A DNA stretch of 31,916 nt from a virus (taxonomy: Duplodnaviria; Caudoviricetes). Positions 1 to 9,000 of the stretch are shown here, one piece after another. The stretch is from positions 1 to 31,916 of IMG/VR virus record IMGVR_UViG_3300017589_000011, one strand, 5' to 3'. Positions within the stretch are counted from its first letter, which is position 1. The number at the start of each line of letters is the position of its first letter. Under the pieces are notes generated by a model. That model had not been told where the DNA came from. It did not search any database and saw only the letters and a list, made by a program, of their open reading frames with translations. The translations under genes and the position numbers were made by a program.

Positions 1-114
1 ACATACTGTGGCATGCCGAAGCGGTATCTGTGCCGGGGTGGGCAAAAACGAAATTCCATGGGTTCATATTACCACAAGAAAATTATGGGATCAATAGATT
101 TTGGCAACTGTAAC

Positions 115-148
115 ATGAATGCAACAATTGGAACAATGTTGTATTCAT
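115..148. repeat. Imperfect inverted repeat
   Basis: ATGAATGCAACAATTG-gaa-CAATGTTGTATTCAT, just downstream of the recombinase-HU gene. Confidence 0.55.
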
Positions 149-185
149 TCTTATATTTGGTCTCCCTAAGCGCCATAGGTTATCG

Positions 186-1352
186 TTATATATCAGCATT
201 AAAATTCATCGCAAACAAAAGTTTTGGATATGGTATGAAAACCGGTGAGCATTCCTCTGGCACTTTTATAAATTCCAGTGTGAAAATGTTGTGTTTATAG
301 TGCTCATGAGTTGTTTTAATGTAGAACACCCCAAACCCGTCAATGCCAATGGGTTCTCCTTTTCTCAATTCGTCCGCAATCACCTTCCACATTGCGTAAT
401 AAACCATATCTGCTGTTTGTTGGTTTAGTCCTTTTCGTCTGCGCGCAGCCCAATATGCACTACTACCCTGATATAAAGCGTTAACCCCTTCGGCACTATT
501 TTCTGCCTGCTCCAGAAAATACCCAAAAGTTGAAAGAAGACTGATTGCCGAAACCCCCAAACCTTCTACCAAGAATGGCAAGTCCTTTGTTTTTATGGTT
601 TGTAGCTTTTTCAGTATATAGTTATTGCGAAGACCATTTAAATTGATAGTTTCATCCTCAATCCCACGCTTTTCTTTTGCTGCTCTAATAAGCAAAGCTA
701 TACTTGGACCTGCAAAACGGGTTTTCTTTTGGGAAGTAAAGATATATTTGTTAGCTGGTCCAGGTTTTTCTTTAATAAAACACGATAACATTTCTCGCAA
801 AGGTTCTTCAAGCCAAATACGACGTTGCTCATTGATGTAGATTAAATTGTTTTCAAAGTCAATATCTTTCAGCTTCAATGATAGAAGTTCTTCTCGAGTT
901 AAACCAGCAAACCATGCAAGGCCCATCGCAATACCTGCAAAGGTCTCCTTCTCTATTGATATAAAGCCATCTATTTCTTCAAGTGTTTCTGCGCTATATG
1001 GGCACCCATGCATCCCACTCTTCGTCTTTTGATTTATTCGAAAAGATACCTCTGCTTTGGGTAGATTTTCTCCCAAACCTTTCTCTTTGGCAAAATCAAA
1101 TATTTCTTGTAGAATTGGTTTTCCGTAGGCGACCTCACTTCGATCAAGTCTTTTTCTATACCTCTGTTCGAACATAACTTGCACAAAATAAGCATCTACC
1201 CTCTTTGCTGTAAGCATCGAAATTTCTTCATCTCCAAGGAAAGGCAGAATATATAATTCAAGAAAACTATTATAGTATGGTTTTAAATATGGAAGGATGG
1301 TTTTTTGTTTTTCTTCCCACCACTCAAGCGCTACCTCTCTCACTGTTGGCAT
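186..1352 (-). CDS. Tyrosine-recombinase-fold protein with degenerate active site, fused to a C-terminal HU/IHF-like domain
   Basis: Core-binding signature (YILPFLGDEEISMLT); box I GLTREELLSL; box II LNGLRNNY...LGVSAISLLSTFGY; C-terminus ELRKGEPIGIDGFGVF...PVFIPYPKL aligns with HU. ATG 1352 follows a GGGGGTGA RBS (track start 1364). Confidence 0.8.
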   Translation of the reverse strand: MPTVREVALEWWEEKQKTILPYLKPYYNSFLELYILPFLGDEEISMLTAKRVDAYFVQVMFEQRYRKRLDRSEVAYGKPILQEIFDFAKEKGLGENLPKAEVSFRINQKTKSGMHGCPYSAETLEEIDGFISIEKETFAGIAMGLAWFAGLTREELLSLKLKDIDFENNLIYINEQRRIWLEEPLREMLSCFIKEKPGPANKYIFTSQKKTRFAGPSIALLIRAAKEKRGIEDETINLNGLRNNYILKKLQTIKTKDLPFLVEGLGVSAISLLSTFGYFLEQAENSAEGVNALYQGSSAYWAARRRKGLNQQTADMVYYAMWKVIADELRKGEPIGIDGFGVFYIKTTHEHYKHNIFTLEFIKVPEECSPVFIPYPKLLFAMNFNADI

Positions 1353-1387
1353 TCCCAATCTCACCCCCTGCGGACATTGTTTTCCTC

Positions 1388-1416
1388 ATAATACCATGAT
1401 TTATATCTACATTCAA
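1388..1416 (-). promoter_or_regulatory. Sigma-A-type promoter of the recombinase-HU gene
   Basis: TTGAAT-17 nt-TATTAT with TG extended -10. Confidence 0.75.
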
Positions 1417-1433
1417 GAAAGGGGTGCCGCGGC

Positions 1434-1471
1434 AAAAAAAGAGGACTCCCCACCATGGAGAGCCCTCTTTT
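1434..1471 (-). terminator. Rho-independent terminator after holin
   Basis: GAGGGCTCTCCA-TGG-TGGGGAGTCCTC stem followed by a T run on the minus strand. Confidence 0.85.
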
Positions 1472-1492
1472 GTGCTAAGTAGCGTTTTTGCA

Positions 1493-1927
1493 CTATTCCT
1501 TCTCGCCCTTATCCCTTAGCGCTTCCAGGGCCTTCTTCATCGCTGGAGGATACGGCACACCCATCAAGCCAAGATTCTCTATCAGGGATATTCCTTCATT
1601 GCCGATGTAAAATAGCACCATGGCAGTTCGGATGTACGTTGCGCCGGTGGCAGCATCCAAGAGCGTTCCGATCCAGACCGCCAACAGGATCACACCCTTT
1701 TTGCAAATGCCCCTGAAGCCCGCTTTACTGCTCAGTGCGCCTGTCTCGCTCTTGTTGGAGTTCTGCCAAAAGATCGCCACCATCAGCCCGGTTATGTAGT
1801 CCACTGCCATCATGCCGACCAACAGTATCAAAGCAGCGTCCCACCCTCCGAGCTGATTGGCAGCCATCGAGCCAACTGCACCCGCGCTTGACAGGATCCC
1901 ATATCTGTTTTCGATTACATTTTTCAT
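1493..1927 (-). CDS. Holin (toxin secretion/phage lysis holin family)
   Basis: GGWD...DYITG...SSKAGFRGICKK...FYIGNEGISLIENLG motif; TM segments; GGAGG RBS before ATG 1927. Confidence 0.92.
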   Translation of the reverse strand: MKNVIENRYGILSSAGAVGSMAANQLGGWDAALILLVGMMAVDYITGLMVAIFWQNSNKSETGALSSKAGFRGICKKGVILLAVWIGTLLDAATGATYIRTAMVLFYIGNEGISLIENLGLMGVPYPPAMKKALEALRDKGEKE

Positions 1928-1928
1928 A

Positions 1929-2576
1929 TTAGCCTCCATACAGGCCAGCCCGGTCATTGATGACTAGCAGCCTTAATTCACTGTAAGTCAGGTTTAGCTC
2001 TGACCCATCACCCTTAAGAGCCCCACATTTGGTAAGCTTGTCCACCGTGGCCTTGCCCCACTCTGGGATCTCTTTCATCTCATCATACTCAACCTTCTGA
2101 GAGGCCAAGGTCTCTTGTACAATAGCTTTTACCTGTTCAGGTGTCATATCAACTTCCTCCTTATGTAGTGGCATGTTGGGGGGATACTTACCAGCCCTAA
2201 TGTCAGAGCCAGTATATCCCCCATGGTTGTCCCACTGGAAATGTGGACAGTCCACTAGCTTCTTCCAGTCTCCCCCCCATGAGAAGCCCATCATCTTTCC
2301 AATGACAGATATACCAATCCAGAATTCACGGTCAGAATATTCATGGCCTTTAACATTCTTGCAAACATCAAAAGCCAGACCAGACTTGACATTGTGGAAG
2401 GTGGAGGGTGGCTTGCTGCCATGTCCGGTTTTGAAACACTGAAGCTGAAACTCATCATCTCTCACGGTACCTGTGAGGAGGACGGGGTAACCCGCCCTCT
2501 TGCACAGATCCAGGAAGACTCTACAGTTATCAGCAACATCAGGCCTAAGTAGATTGATGTCCTTACTGTTTAACAT
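1929..2576 (-). CDS. Endolysin, M15 L-Ala-D-Glu peptidase with SLH-like C-terminus
   Basis: TFHN...GLAFD...WGGDW...DCPHFQ Zn-peptidase motifs; C-terminal IPEWGKATVDKL...GALKGDG; AAAGGAG RBS before ATG 2576. Confidence 0.88.
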   Translation of the reverse strand: MLNSKDINLLRPDVADNCRVFLDLCKRAGYPVLLTGTVRDDEFQLQCFKTGHGSKPPSTFHNVKSGLAFDVCKNVKGHEYSDREFWIGISVIGKMMGFSWGGDWKKLVDCPHFQWDNHGGYTGSDIRAGKYPPNMPLHKEEVDMTPEQVKAIVQETLASQKVEYDEMKEIPEWGKATVDKLTKCGALKGDGSELNLTYSELRLLVINDRAGLYGG

Positions 2577-2612
2577 TTGGTCTCTCCTTTCAGGCATAAA
2601 GATACCGCCCTA

Positions 2613-2750
2613 TTAGGCGGCAAGTAAAGCGGTCAGTTCCGTGTATTCTGCTTCGGTCAGTTTGTTCGCAGCGAAGAAGATATCAAGCTTCTCTGCCATG
2701 CCTGCGGTCTGTCCGTTCTGGATCATTCTTTTCAGAGTTCTGTATAGCAT
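2613..2750 (-). CDS. XkdX-like small phage protein (45 aa, not in ORF track)
   Basis: MLYRTLKRMIQNGQTAGMAEKLDIFFAANKLTEAEYTELTALLAA; LTEAEY motif; typical position before lysis genes. Confidence 0.75.
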   Translation of the reverse strand: MLYRTLKRMIQNGQTAGMAEKLDIFFAANKLTEAEYTELTALLAA

Positions 2751-3026
2751 TTAGTTCACCCCCAATTCTAGCAAAGCTGTTCTGTACGCAAGGTCTGCAA
2801 GCATAGCGTCCCGATCTTCATCGGGGGTTGGTTGCGGAACAACGGGAGGGAATTGCGGCTCAAAGTGTTTAAAGGAAACGAGGCGACCATCTCCAACCAC
2901 ACACGTTATCGGCAACAATATTTCATCATATTGTTCTTTGGTTATTTGAATTTGTCCAACCAACAACTCGTTAGCCTCTCCCTTTGCATGACATTCTGGT
3001 GAGTTTTCAATCTCAATGAAGTACAT
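2751..3026 (-). CDS. Tail-fibre-associated hypothetical protein
   Basis: GGAGG RBS; C-terminal PQPTPDEDRDAMLADLAYRTALLELG type typical before XkdX genes. Confidence 0.7.
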   Translation of the reverse strand: MYFIEIENSPECHAKGEANELLVGQIQITKEQYDEILLPITCVVGDGRLVSFKHFEPQFPPVVPQPTPDEDRDAMLADLAYRTALLELGVN

Positions 3027-3039
3027 TCTTCCGTTCCTC

Positions 3040-3687
3040 CTATCTGCAATATACTTTGTAAGTCAAAGTTAAAGCTGTTGCTCCACCAGTTAATGTTAGA
3101 GTTCTAGTTCCACTTAAACTTGCCCCAGAAAACACAGAATTCAACGCACCTGCTCCTGCTTGACTTCCCTCTGGCGCCCAACCAGAACCAAGTATTAGAT
3201 TCCCAGATACATCATCTATAATTGCCGAAAATGAACCCTTAGAATTTATGGGAGGATAAGATGCTCCACTTTTACATATCGTCAGAGAAAAAGTTGGAGA
3301 CAATCCTCCAAAAAATATACCTGCGTTACTGCCCACTGTCCCTATTATATTAGTGCATATTAAAGCTAATTGAGTTGCCCCTGATGGAATTGAAAGTGAA
3401 ATTGAAGCAGTACCTCCACCAAGCGTATACGTCCCGACAAGATTCCATTTTTTTAATGCCGATGGAATTATTGCCAGCACCTCATCTGGCACCGCATCCG
3501 CCCCAAGGCCGTAGAGTGCGGCGGTGGTGTCTTTTAGTAGGCTTGCTTTATTGAGTGGCATACCATCCTGCGTCGGCTCGTCTGCTAGCAAAATATACTC
3601 GTAACGCAAAAACACACCGGTTTCATCAAAAACCTCGTAACGTATAGCCCCATTTGGCAAAACCTTCGTCGATGTACGATCATTCAT
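3040..3687 (-). CDS. Putative receptor-binding/tail fibre protein
   Basis: ADEPTQDGMPLNKASLL N-terminal attachment motif; Gly/Ser/Thr-rich beta-type C-terminus; ATGA coupling to upstream gene. Confidence 0.7.
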   Translation of the reverse strand: MNDRTSTKVLPNGAIRYEVFDETGVFLRYEYILLADEPTQDGMPLNKASLLKDTTAALYGLGADAVPDEVLAIIPSALKKWNLVGTYTLGGGTASISLSIPSGATQLALICTNIIGTVGSNAGIFFGGLSPTFSLTICKSGASYPPINSKGSFSAIIDDVSGNLILGSGWAPEGSQAGAGALNSVFSGASLSGTRTLTLTGGATALTLTYKVYCR

Positions 3688-4097
3688 CTTATCAATCCTC
3701 CTTGTCCTGCTTGAAATGTTCCGCTGTGACAAAATGCAAACGGCATGCGATTGAGCAACCACTCTACGTCTTGTAGTATTTTCTCGATATCGTTGACTTC
3801 CTGCACTGTCAAGAATCGCATACTGTCAGGCGTTGCGGGTGTTTCTGCCATCTGCGTAATCGCTCCACGGATCGCCACAACGTTCTGCCTGTACTGCTCC
3901 ATCAACGCTTGCGCCCCAAGTTGCCCAAGGTCTGCTCTCACCCAATCTGTTTTGATGGTCAGATTCAGCGCAACCCCAAACTCGCCATTCAGACTATCGC
4001 GCAGATACACAAACGCACTCTCGACGCGGTTTAAGTCCGTGTAGTTATATTTTGCGCCTGCCGTCCGATCCGTTACCAACGTATCAATTACGCTCAT
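3684..4097 (-). CDS. Minor tail/baseplate protein
   Basis: YNYTDLNRVE motif; coupled within the tail operon. Confidence 0.7.
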   Translation of the reverse strand: MSVIDTLVTDRTAGAKYNYTDLNRVESAFVYLRDSLNGEFGVALNLTIKTDWVRADLGQLGAQALMEQYRQNVVAIRGAITQMAETPATPDSMRFLTVQEVNDIEKILQDVEWLLNRMPFAFCHSGTFQAGQGGLIR

Positions 4098-5641
4098 CCG
4101 CCCACCGCCTTCGTTTTCGCCGATAACTTCCCGTCAAAACTAAACTCCTGCGACACCACAACCGCATTCCGGTTTTCACCATAAGCGTCATAGATTTTCA
4201 GCGTATCGCCTACCTCTACAGCAGGATTGCCGCGGTTAGGCTTGTCATACTGGATGCGCTTGTTATTCTGCGCTAAGAGCCAGTTAGCTACAGCTTGACC
4301 ATTTACAGCAGCGACGCATGGGTTGCCATAGGACTTTTCTTTCGTGCCCGTTCCTGCGGTGTACTGTATTTCTGTGGAGCGCGGGTTGCCGTCTAAATCC
4401 GTGGTGTATTCGTTGCTCACACGCAGCCGCACGACTTCCACTGGCTCGGATACGCTTATCCCACCCATGGACGGCATACGGTCTGCGGTCAACTCATCGT
4501 TCGCGGTAACGGAAACCGTCAACGGCCTAATCTGTAACACGCCGGCGCGATCTACCCACACACTGCACATCGCCGCCTGCGCGAGATATCGAATTGCCTC
4601 ACGCTTCGTTGTGCCCCGCGGGATCGTCATTCCGACAACGTAGGACGGCGTTGCAAAAGATGCCGTGATACCTAACCCACTCAATATGGTATTAACAGCG
4701 GTCTGGAGTGTCGCCGTCGTGTTGCTACCTCCGCTGAATACGGATAAATCTAGCTTCGATAAAACATAATCATTCGCTGTGATTTCACCCGTGATGTCAT
4801 CGTCTCCGCTTTCGGATTTAGAAAACTCAAACGATCCCATGTCAACCACTTCACCGTTGACAGAGGTTTTCACATATAGAGCCTGACCTTGCTGTAGGTA
4901 CGCATACAGTCCGTTTGGATTGATTAAGTTATATTCCTTATTCAAATTATTAAACGAGAAAACAAGCTGCCTAGACGGCAAAGCTTCACATGCCATGTCA
5001 GCCGAGTAAACCAAATTGGCTTTCTCTACGCCGTGGCGGTCGAACTGCTGAACGATTCCGAATAGGCACTCTGCCAGTCTGATTCTGCGGTAAGGCTTTG
5101 ATGTTGCCAGAAATTCGAACTTCACCGAGTAGTAATTCTGCACTGGCATATCGAGGATGCATTTTGCCTGTGCGTTGCTGAAGGTCTGCTGTGCGATTAT
5201 CGTTGTTCCATTTGATGCGTAGCAAGTGGCACGGACGGACGAAGCATAGTTTTTCGTCAGCGCATCGAAGCAAAGTGTAAAACCAATCGTGGAAATCGCT
5301 GTGCCGCCGAACGTGAACAATAGATACGGCGCAGACGAAAACAATCCATCTACACCACTCAACGCATTGCTCCACCATCCAGTCTGAACGCCTGCCAAAC
5401 TATCAGGTAGCAGATCGCATGTCCCGTCCAGCACCCAGCAATCGTCTTCAAGTGTTGCGTACTTCGCGCTCAATTCTTCAACTGTATCGGTTAGCTGTGC
5501 AAGCTGTGAAACGTTTTCTTGTCCGCTCACGCTCGGCACCGCGTGCGTACGCGCGTTTACATCCAGCAGCTCAAAGCGCACCGTGAAGTCGATTAGGCGG
5601 TCAGTATCGTATGGCGCGAAGGAAGGTGATGTATTCTGCAT
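4094..5641 (-). CDS. Baseplate hub / tail-tip protein
   Basis: REAIRYLAQAAMCSVWVDRAGVLQI and C-terminal RGNPAVEVGDTL motifs; start MQNTSP overlaps the upstream TAA. Confidence 0.75.
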   Translation of the reverse strand: MQNTSPSFAPYDTDRLIDFTVRFELLDVNARTHAVPSVSGQENVSQLAQLTDTVEELSAKYATLEDDCWVLDGTCDLLPDSLAGVQTGWWSNALSGVDGLFSSAPYLLFTFGGTAISTIGFTLCFDALTKNYASSVRATCYASNGTTIIAQQTFSNAQAKCILDMPVQNYYSVKFEFLATSKPYRRIRLAECLFGIVQQFDRHGVEKANLVYSADMACEALPSRQLVFSFNNLNKEYNLINPNGLYAYLQQGQALYVKTSVNGEVVDMGSFEFSKSESGDDDITGEITANDYVLSKLDLSVFSGGSNTTATLQTAVNTILSGLGITASFATPSYVVGMTIPRGTTKREAIRYLAQAAMCSVWVDRAGVLQIRPLTVSVTANDELTADRMPSMGGISVSEPVEVVRLRVSNEYTTDLDGNPRSTEIQYTAGTGTKEKSYGNPCVAAVNGQAVANWLLAQNNKRIQYDKPNRGNPAVEVGDTLKIYDAYGENRNAVVVSQEFSFDGKLSAKTKAVGG

Positions 5642-6012
5642 TACACCACCCCTTGCGACTTGATCGAGAGAGAACAGCCGTGCCACATTGCGACACCATT
5701 GCGGAAGGTAAACACGCCAAAACTTGGGTAGTCGATAGAGAAAACACCTTGCTTGTCTGTTCCGTCCACATCGAAGTAATTTACCGTGAAAAAACCGCCA
5801 GTTCTCAGGAGCGTGACGAGCGCGGTTATTGTGGTTGCAGGCACATAGTCCCACTCATACTTAAAGCCTGGACGAAAGCCCTTGATGTCGCGGACACGGA
5901 GGCCGCTCGCCATGGTGGATTCCGTGAAAACGGTTTCGCCAGCTTCAGAGACCTTCTTCGTCCTCGGCATGACGATTACAGTCGGTCCACTTGTTATGGT
6001 GATCTGCGTCAT
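5641..6012 (-). CDS. Distal tail (Dit-like) protein
   Basis: Directly after tape measure; TMASG...RDIKG motif; small beta-rich protein. Confidence 0.65.
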   Translation of the reverse strand: MTQITITSGPTVIVMPRTKKVSEAGETVFTESTMASGLRVRDIKGFRPGFKYEWDYVPATTITALVTLLRTGGFFTVNYFDVDGTDKQGVFSIDYPSFGVFTFRNGVAMWHGCSLSIKSQGVV

Positions 6013-9000
6013 GCTAGGCTCACCCCTCTCTGCCGGGATATGTTTTTGAGTGGGTCAAACACGGACTGCGCGATTATTTTCCCATCAAGCACGGTTTGTA
6101 ATATGATCGTCTGAGTGCTCGCTTGACCGCCGAGAGCCGACATCGCGCCAATTCCGTTTATCGTATCGGCCACCGCCATACGCGGCGTGTACTGCGCCTC
6201 CACGTTGGTGGGAATGCTGCTGTTAATCTTCCGCGAAACTGAATCCATCTGACCAGCAAAGCCAACGCCCAAGCCCTCGGCCATAAACTTTCCAACCTCT
6301 GCCCACTTGCGAGAGGGAGAGTGGATTTCCATGGCTTCCTTGGCTTCTTGCAGCGCGGTTTCCAGAACGGTTTTAAAAGTGGATATGATATAGGACTTCT
6401 TAGACCAAAAACCATCAGCAAGCCCGATCGCGCTGTTCTTGCCGATACCCTCCATTTCGGTTTTTAGGCCGCTCAGCTCGGTTGGAACCTTATCAACGAA
6501 TTCGGTTTTCAGTTGGGTGAACTCGTCTGAGAAGAATTTCTTGGCTACCTCTGCGGCTGCTGTTTGTTTTTCTTCCCACAGCTTCATGTACTTGTCGTAT
6601 TCGGCGGGGGTTTTTTCGAGTAACAGTTTCGTGTAGCTCAAAGCATCGTCGATGTTCATTGATGTGATTTCGCCCATTAGGCTGTCAGAGATACCTTTGT
6701 CTTTTAGCTTTCCGAGCGCATCTCCATATAGAGTTATCTTGTCGATATCGCCCTGCAAGTCTCCAAGCTGGAGCAAATCCTTACCGTCTGTTCCTTTTAC
6801 GGACTCAAACAGCTTTCCGTAGTCCGATAGTTTGCCCGCCATGGTTTGTTGTTTCGCTTCCAGCGAAGAGAGCGCGGAATCATACCCTTTTTTGAATTCT
6901 GCCAGCGTTGCAATTTTCTCTGTTAGGGCGAGTTTTGCGGCGGTTTTTTCAGCAATTACTTGCTTGCCGTCCCAATCTGCTTGCAATTTTGAGATCTCAT
7001 CAAGGACTTTTTGCTTGTCCTTTTTCTCTGCCTTTCCAAGTTCGTCATATTTGTCTGCTATGGATTTCTTGTGCGCGGCGAGGTCTTTTTCTGCTTGGTC
7101 TGCTCTGTCCTTGGCTTCCATATCAGCTAGCTGTTTGTTTAGGTTATTTGTTTCAGCTGTGATCGCGTCTGCAAGTTTTACGGATGCCTTTCGAGCAAAT
7201 GTGATGCCGTCCGTGATACCGAGTCCAAAGCCCTCTGCAAAAAAGCTACCGATCCGCTTCATGACTTTCGACGGAGATTGCACCTCGCCAGCTTTTGCTG
7301 TAGCCTTTGACGCGGTATCACCAAGTTTCCAGCCAGCGTTCCATGTCAGGTTGAGAATATCTCTGGTGGTCATTCCACCAATAAATCCCTTTGCGTAGTT
7401 TGCGCCAATTTCGCTTGCTCCGCTTGTTTTCGACGCTGCGCCATCTGCGGCAGATTGCGCCATAACTGCGCCTGCTGTTTTTACCCCCGGCGTACCAGCG
7501 TCAACCCCTTGATTAAATAGCAACGTATACCCGTACCCTACATCCACAAGTGCAACGCCTGCCGATACTACGGTTTTTTTGCCGTTTTCGAACATTCCGT
7601 TCATAGCACCGGAAAACACGGGACTGCCCTCTGTCACGCCTTGCCCGAAATTCTCTGGGAGCTGAACGCCTCCTCGCTTTGCTTCTACAATCTGCTGGTC
7701 TAAGAGTGTCTTTTGCTCTGACACTTGATTCTTCGCTTCTCGCTGCTCTACCTCGGTCATGCCTGCCCACGCTTTGCCCGTTGCGCCAACAAGGATATCA
7801 AGGTTTGTCTTTGCGTCTACTACAGACTGTTCGAGCGCGGCTCTATTATCGCCAGTTGACTTGACTACAGTGTTAGAGAATCCTGCAATCGCACTATTTA
7901 ACTGATCCATGTTTTGAGCTGCCTGCGCTGTGTTAAAGCCGTTGATTGTGGTGCTGTAGTTTCCGAGTGAAGAATTAGCCTCATCTGTGGTCGCCTTGCT
8001 CGCGTCAAGCACCCTCTGCGCCTCTATGATTTTGGTGGTATATACATCCTCTTCGCGCCCGACGGCGGAGAGCGATTCAATACGTAGCCTATCCAGTTCG
8101 GTTTGTGCGGCTGTTTGGGTTTCCGCCGCCTCTCTGACTTTATCCAAGGCCGCGGCGCGGTTTTTCAGTGCATCCTGATATTCGACTTCCCACGCGGCGA
8201 GCAACATTTCTTTTTTCTTTGCGAACATCATAGCGTCGATGGAATCTGTGATTTTGTAATATGCATTCGCCTCGTCTGTGGAGGCACTGACAGCTCCCGG
8301 GATGAGCGTGTTAATCTGCTCTGCGAGATAAGCGGCTCTTTCTTTATACCCGTCAACAACTTTTCCGTTTGCCCCAGTCAAGCCATCCAATTCAGCCACA
8401 TACGCACTGGCCTGATTGATTTCGGTATTTACGTCGACAAGAGAGCTGGATCGCGCTGCCGCAAGATCGTTTTGCGCGGTGGTTTGCGCGTCGAGTTCCG
8501 TATTTAGCTCCTTGACTTCGTCCCGCAATGCGCTAGTTGTCGTTGTTGAATCGTTCGTCATGGCTTGGTAGACAACGAACGCTGTGGCCGCTGCACCCAC
8601 AGCAACTGCAAGCCACCCCATCGGAGAGAGTGACTGCGCTAGATTTAATGCACCCTGCGCGATTGCTCCAGCTTTAGTTGCGGCTTTGTATTCCTCCATA
8701 GCAACTGCGCCAGCTTTTGCCGCCGTAGCAAAATTCGTCAAGTCCTTGACGGCCAATGCCGCACTTAGCGCAAGCAAAGTCGTGACCGCGCCAGCGGCAA
8801 TCGAAGCGAATATTTTGAGGTTTTTTTCTACAACCTCGAAGTCAATCTTCTTTATGTCGTTTGCAAAATCGGTGAACTTTGGAGATAGCTTGCTGATTGA
8901 TTCGCCAAACTTTCCCATTACAGAGTTTTTCAGATTGTCCATTGTATCGCCAAAAGTATCAAGCCCGGAAACAGCCTCATTCGACATAACTGCGCCACTG

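Noticed and set aside
1-185. attL (duplicate of the tRNA-Thr 3' end)
   Set aside because: No match to TGGAGCATCTAGGCAGATTCG seen here or near the lysis genes; boundary probably lies outside the window
2751-4097. Diversity-generating retroelement or shufflon acting on tail fibres
   Set aside because: No reverse transcriptase, no template/variable repeat pair and no repeated crossover sites seen
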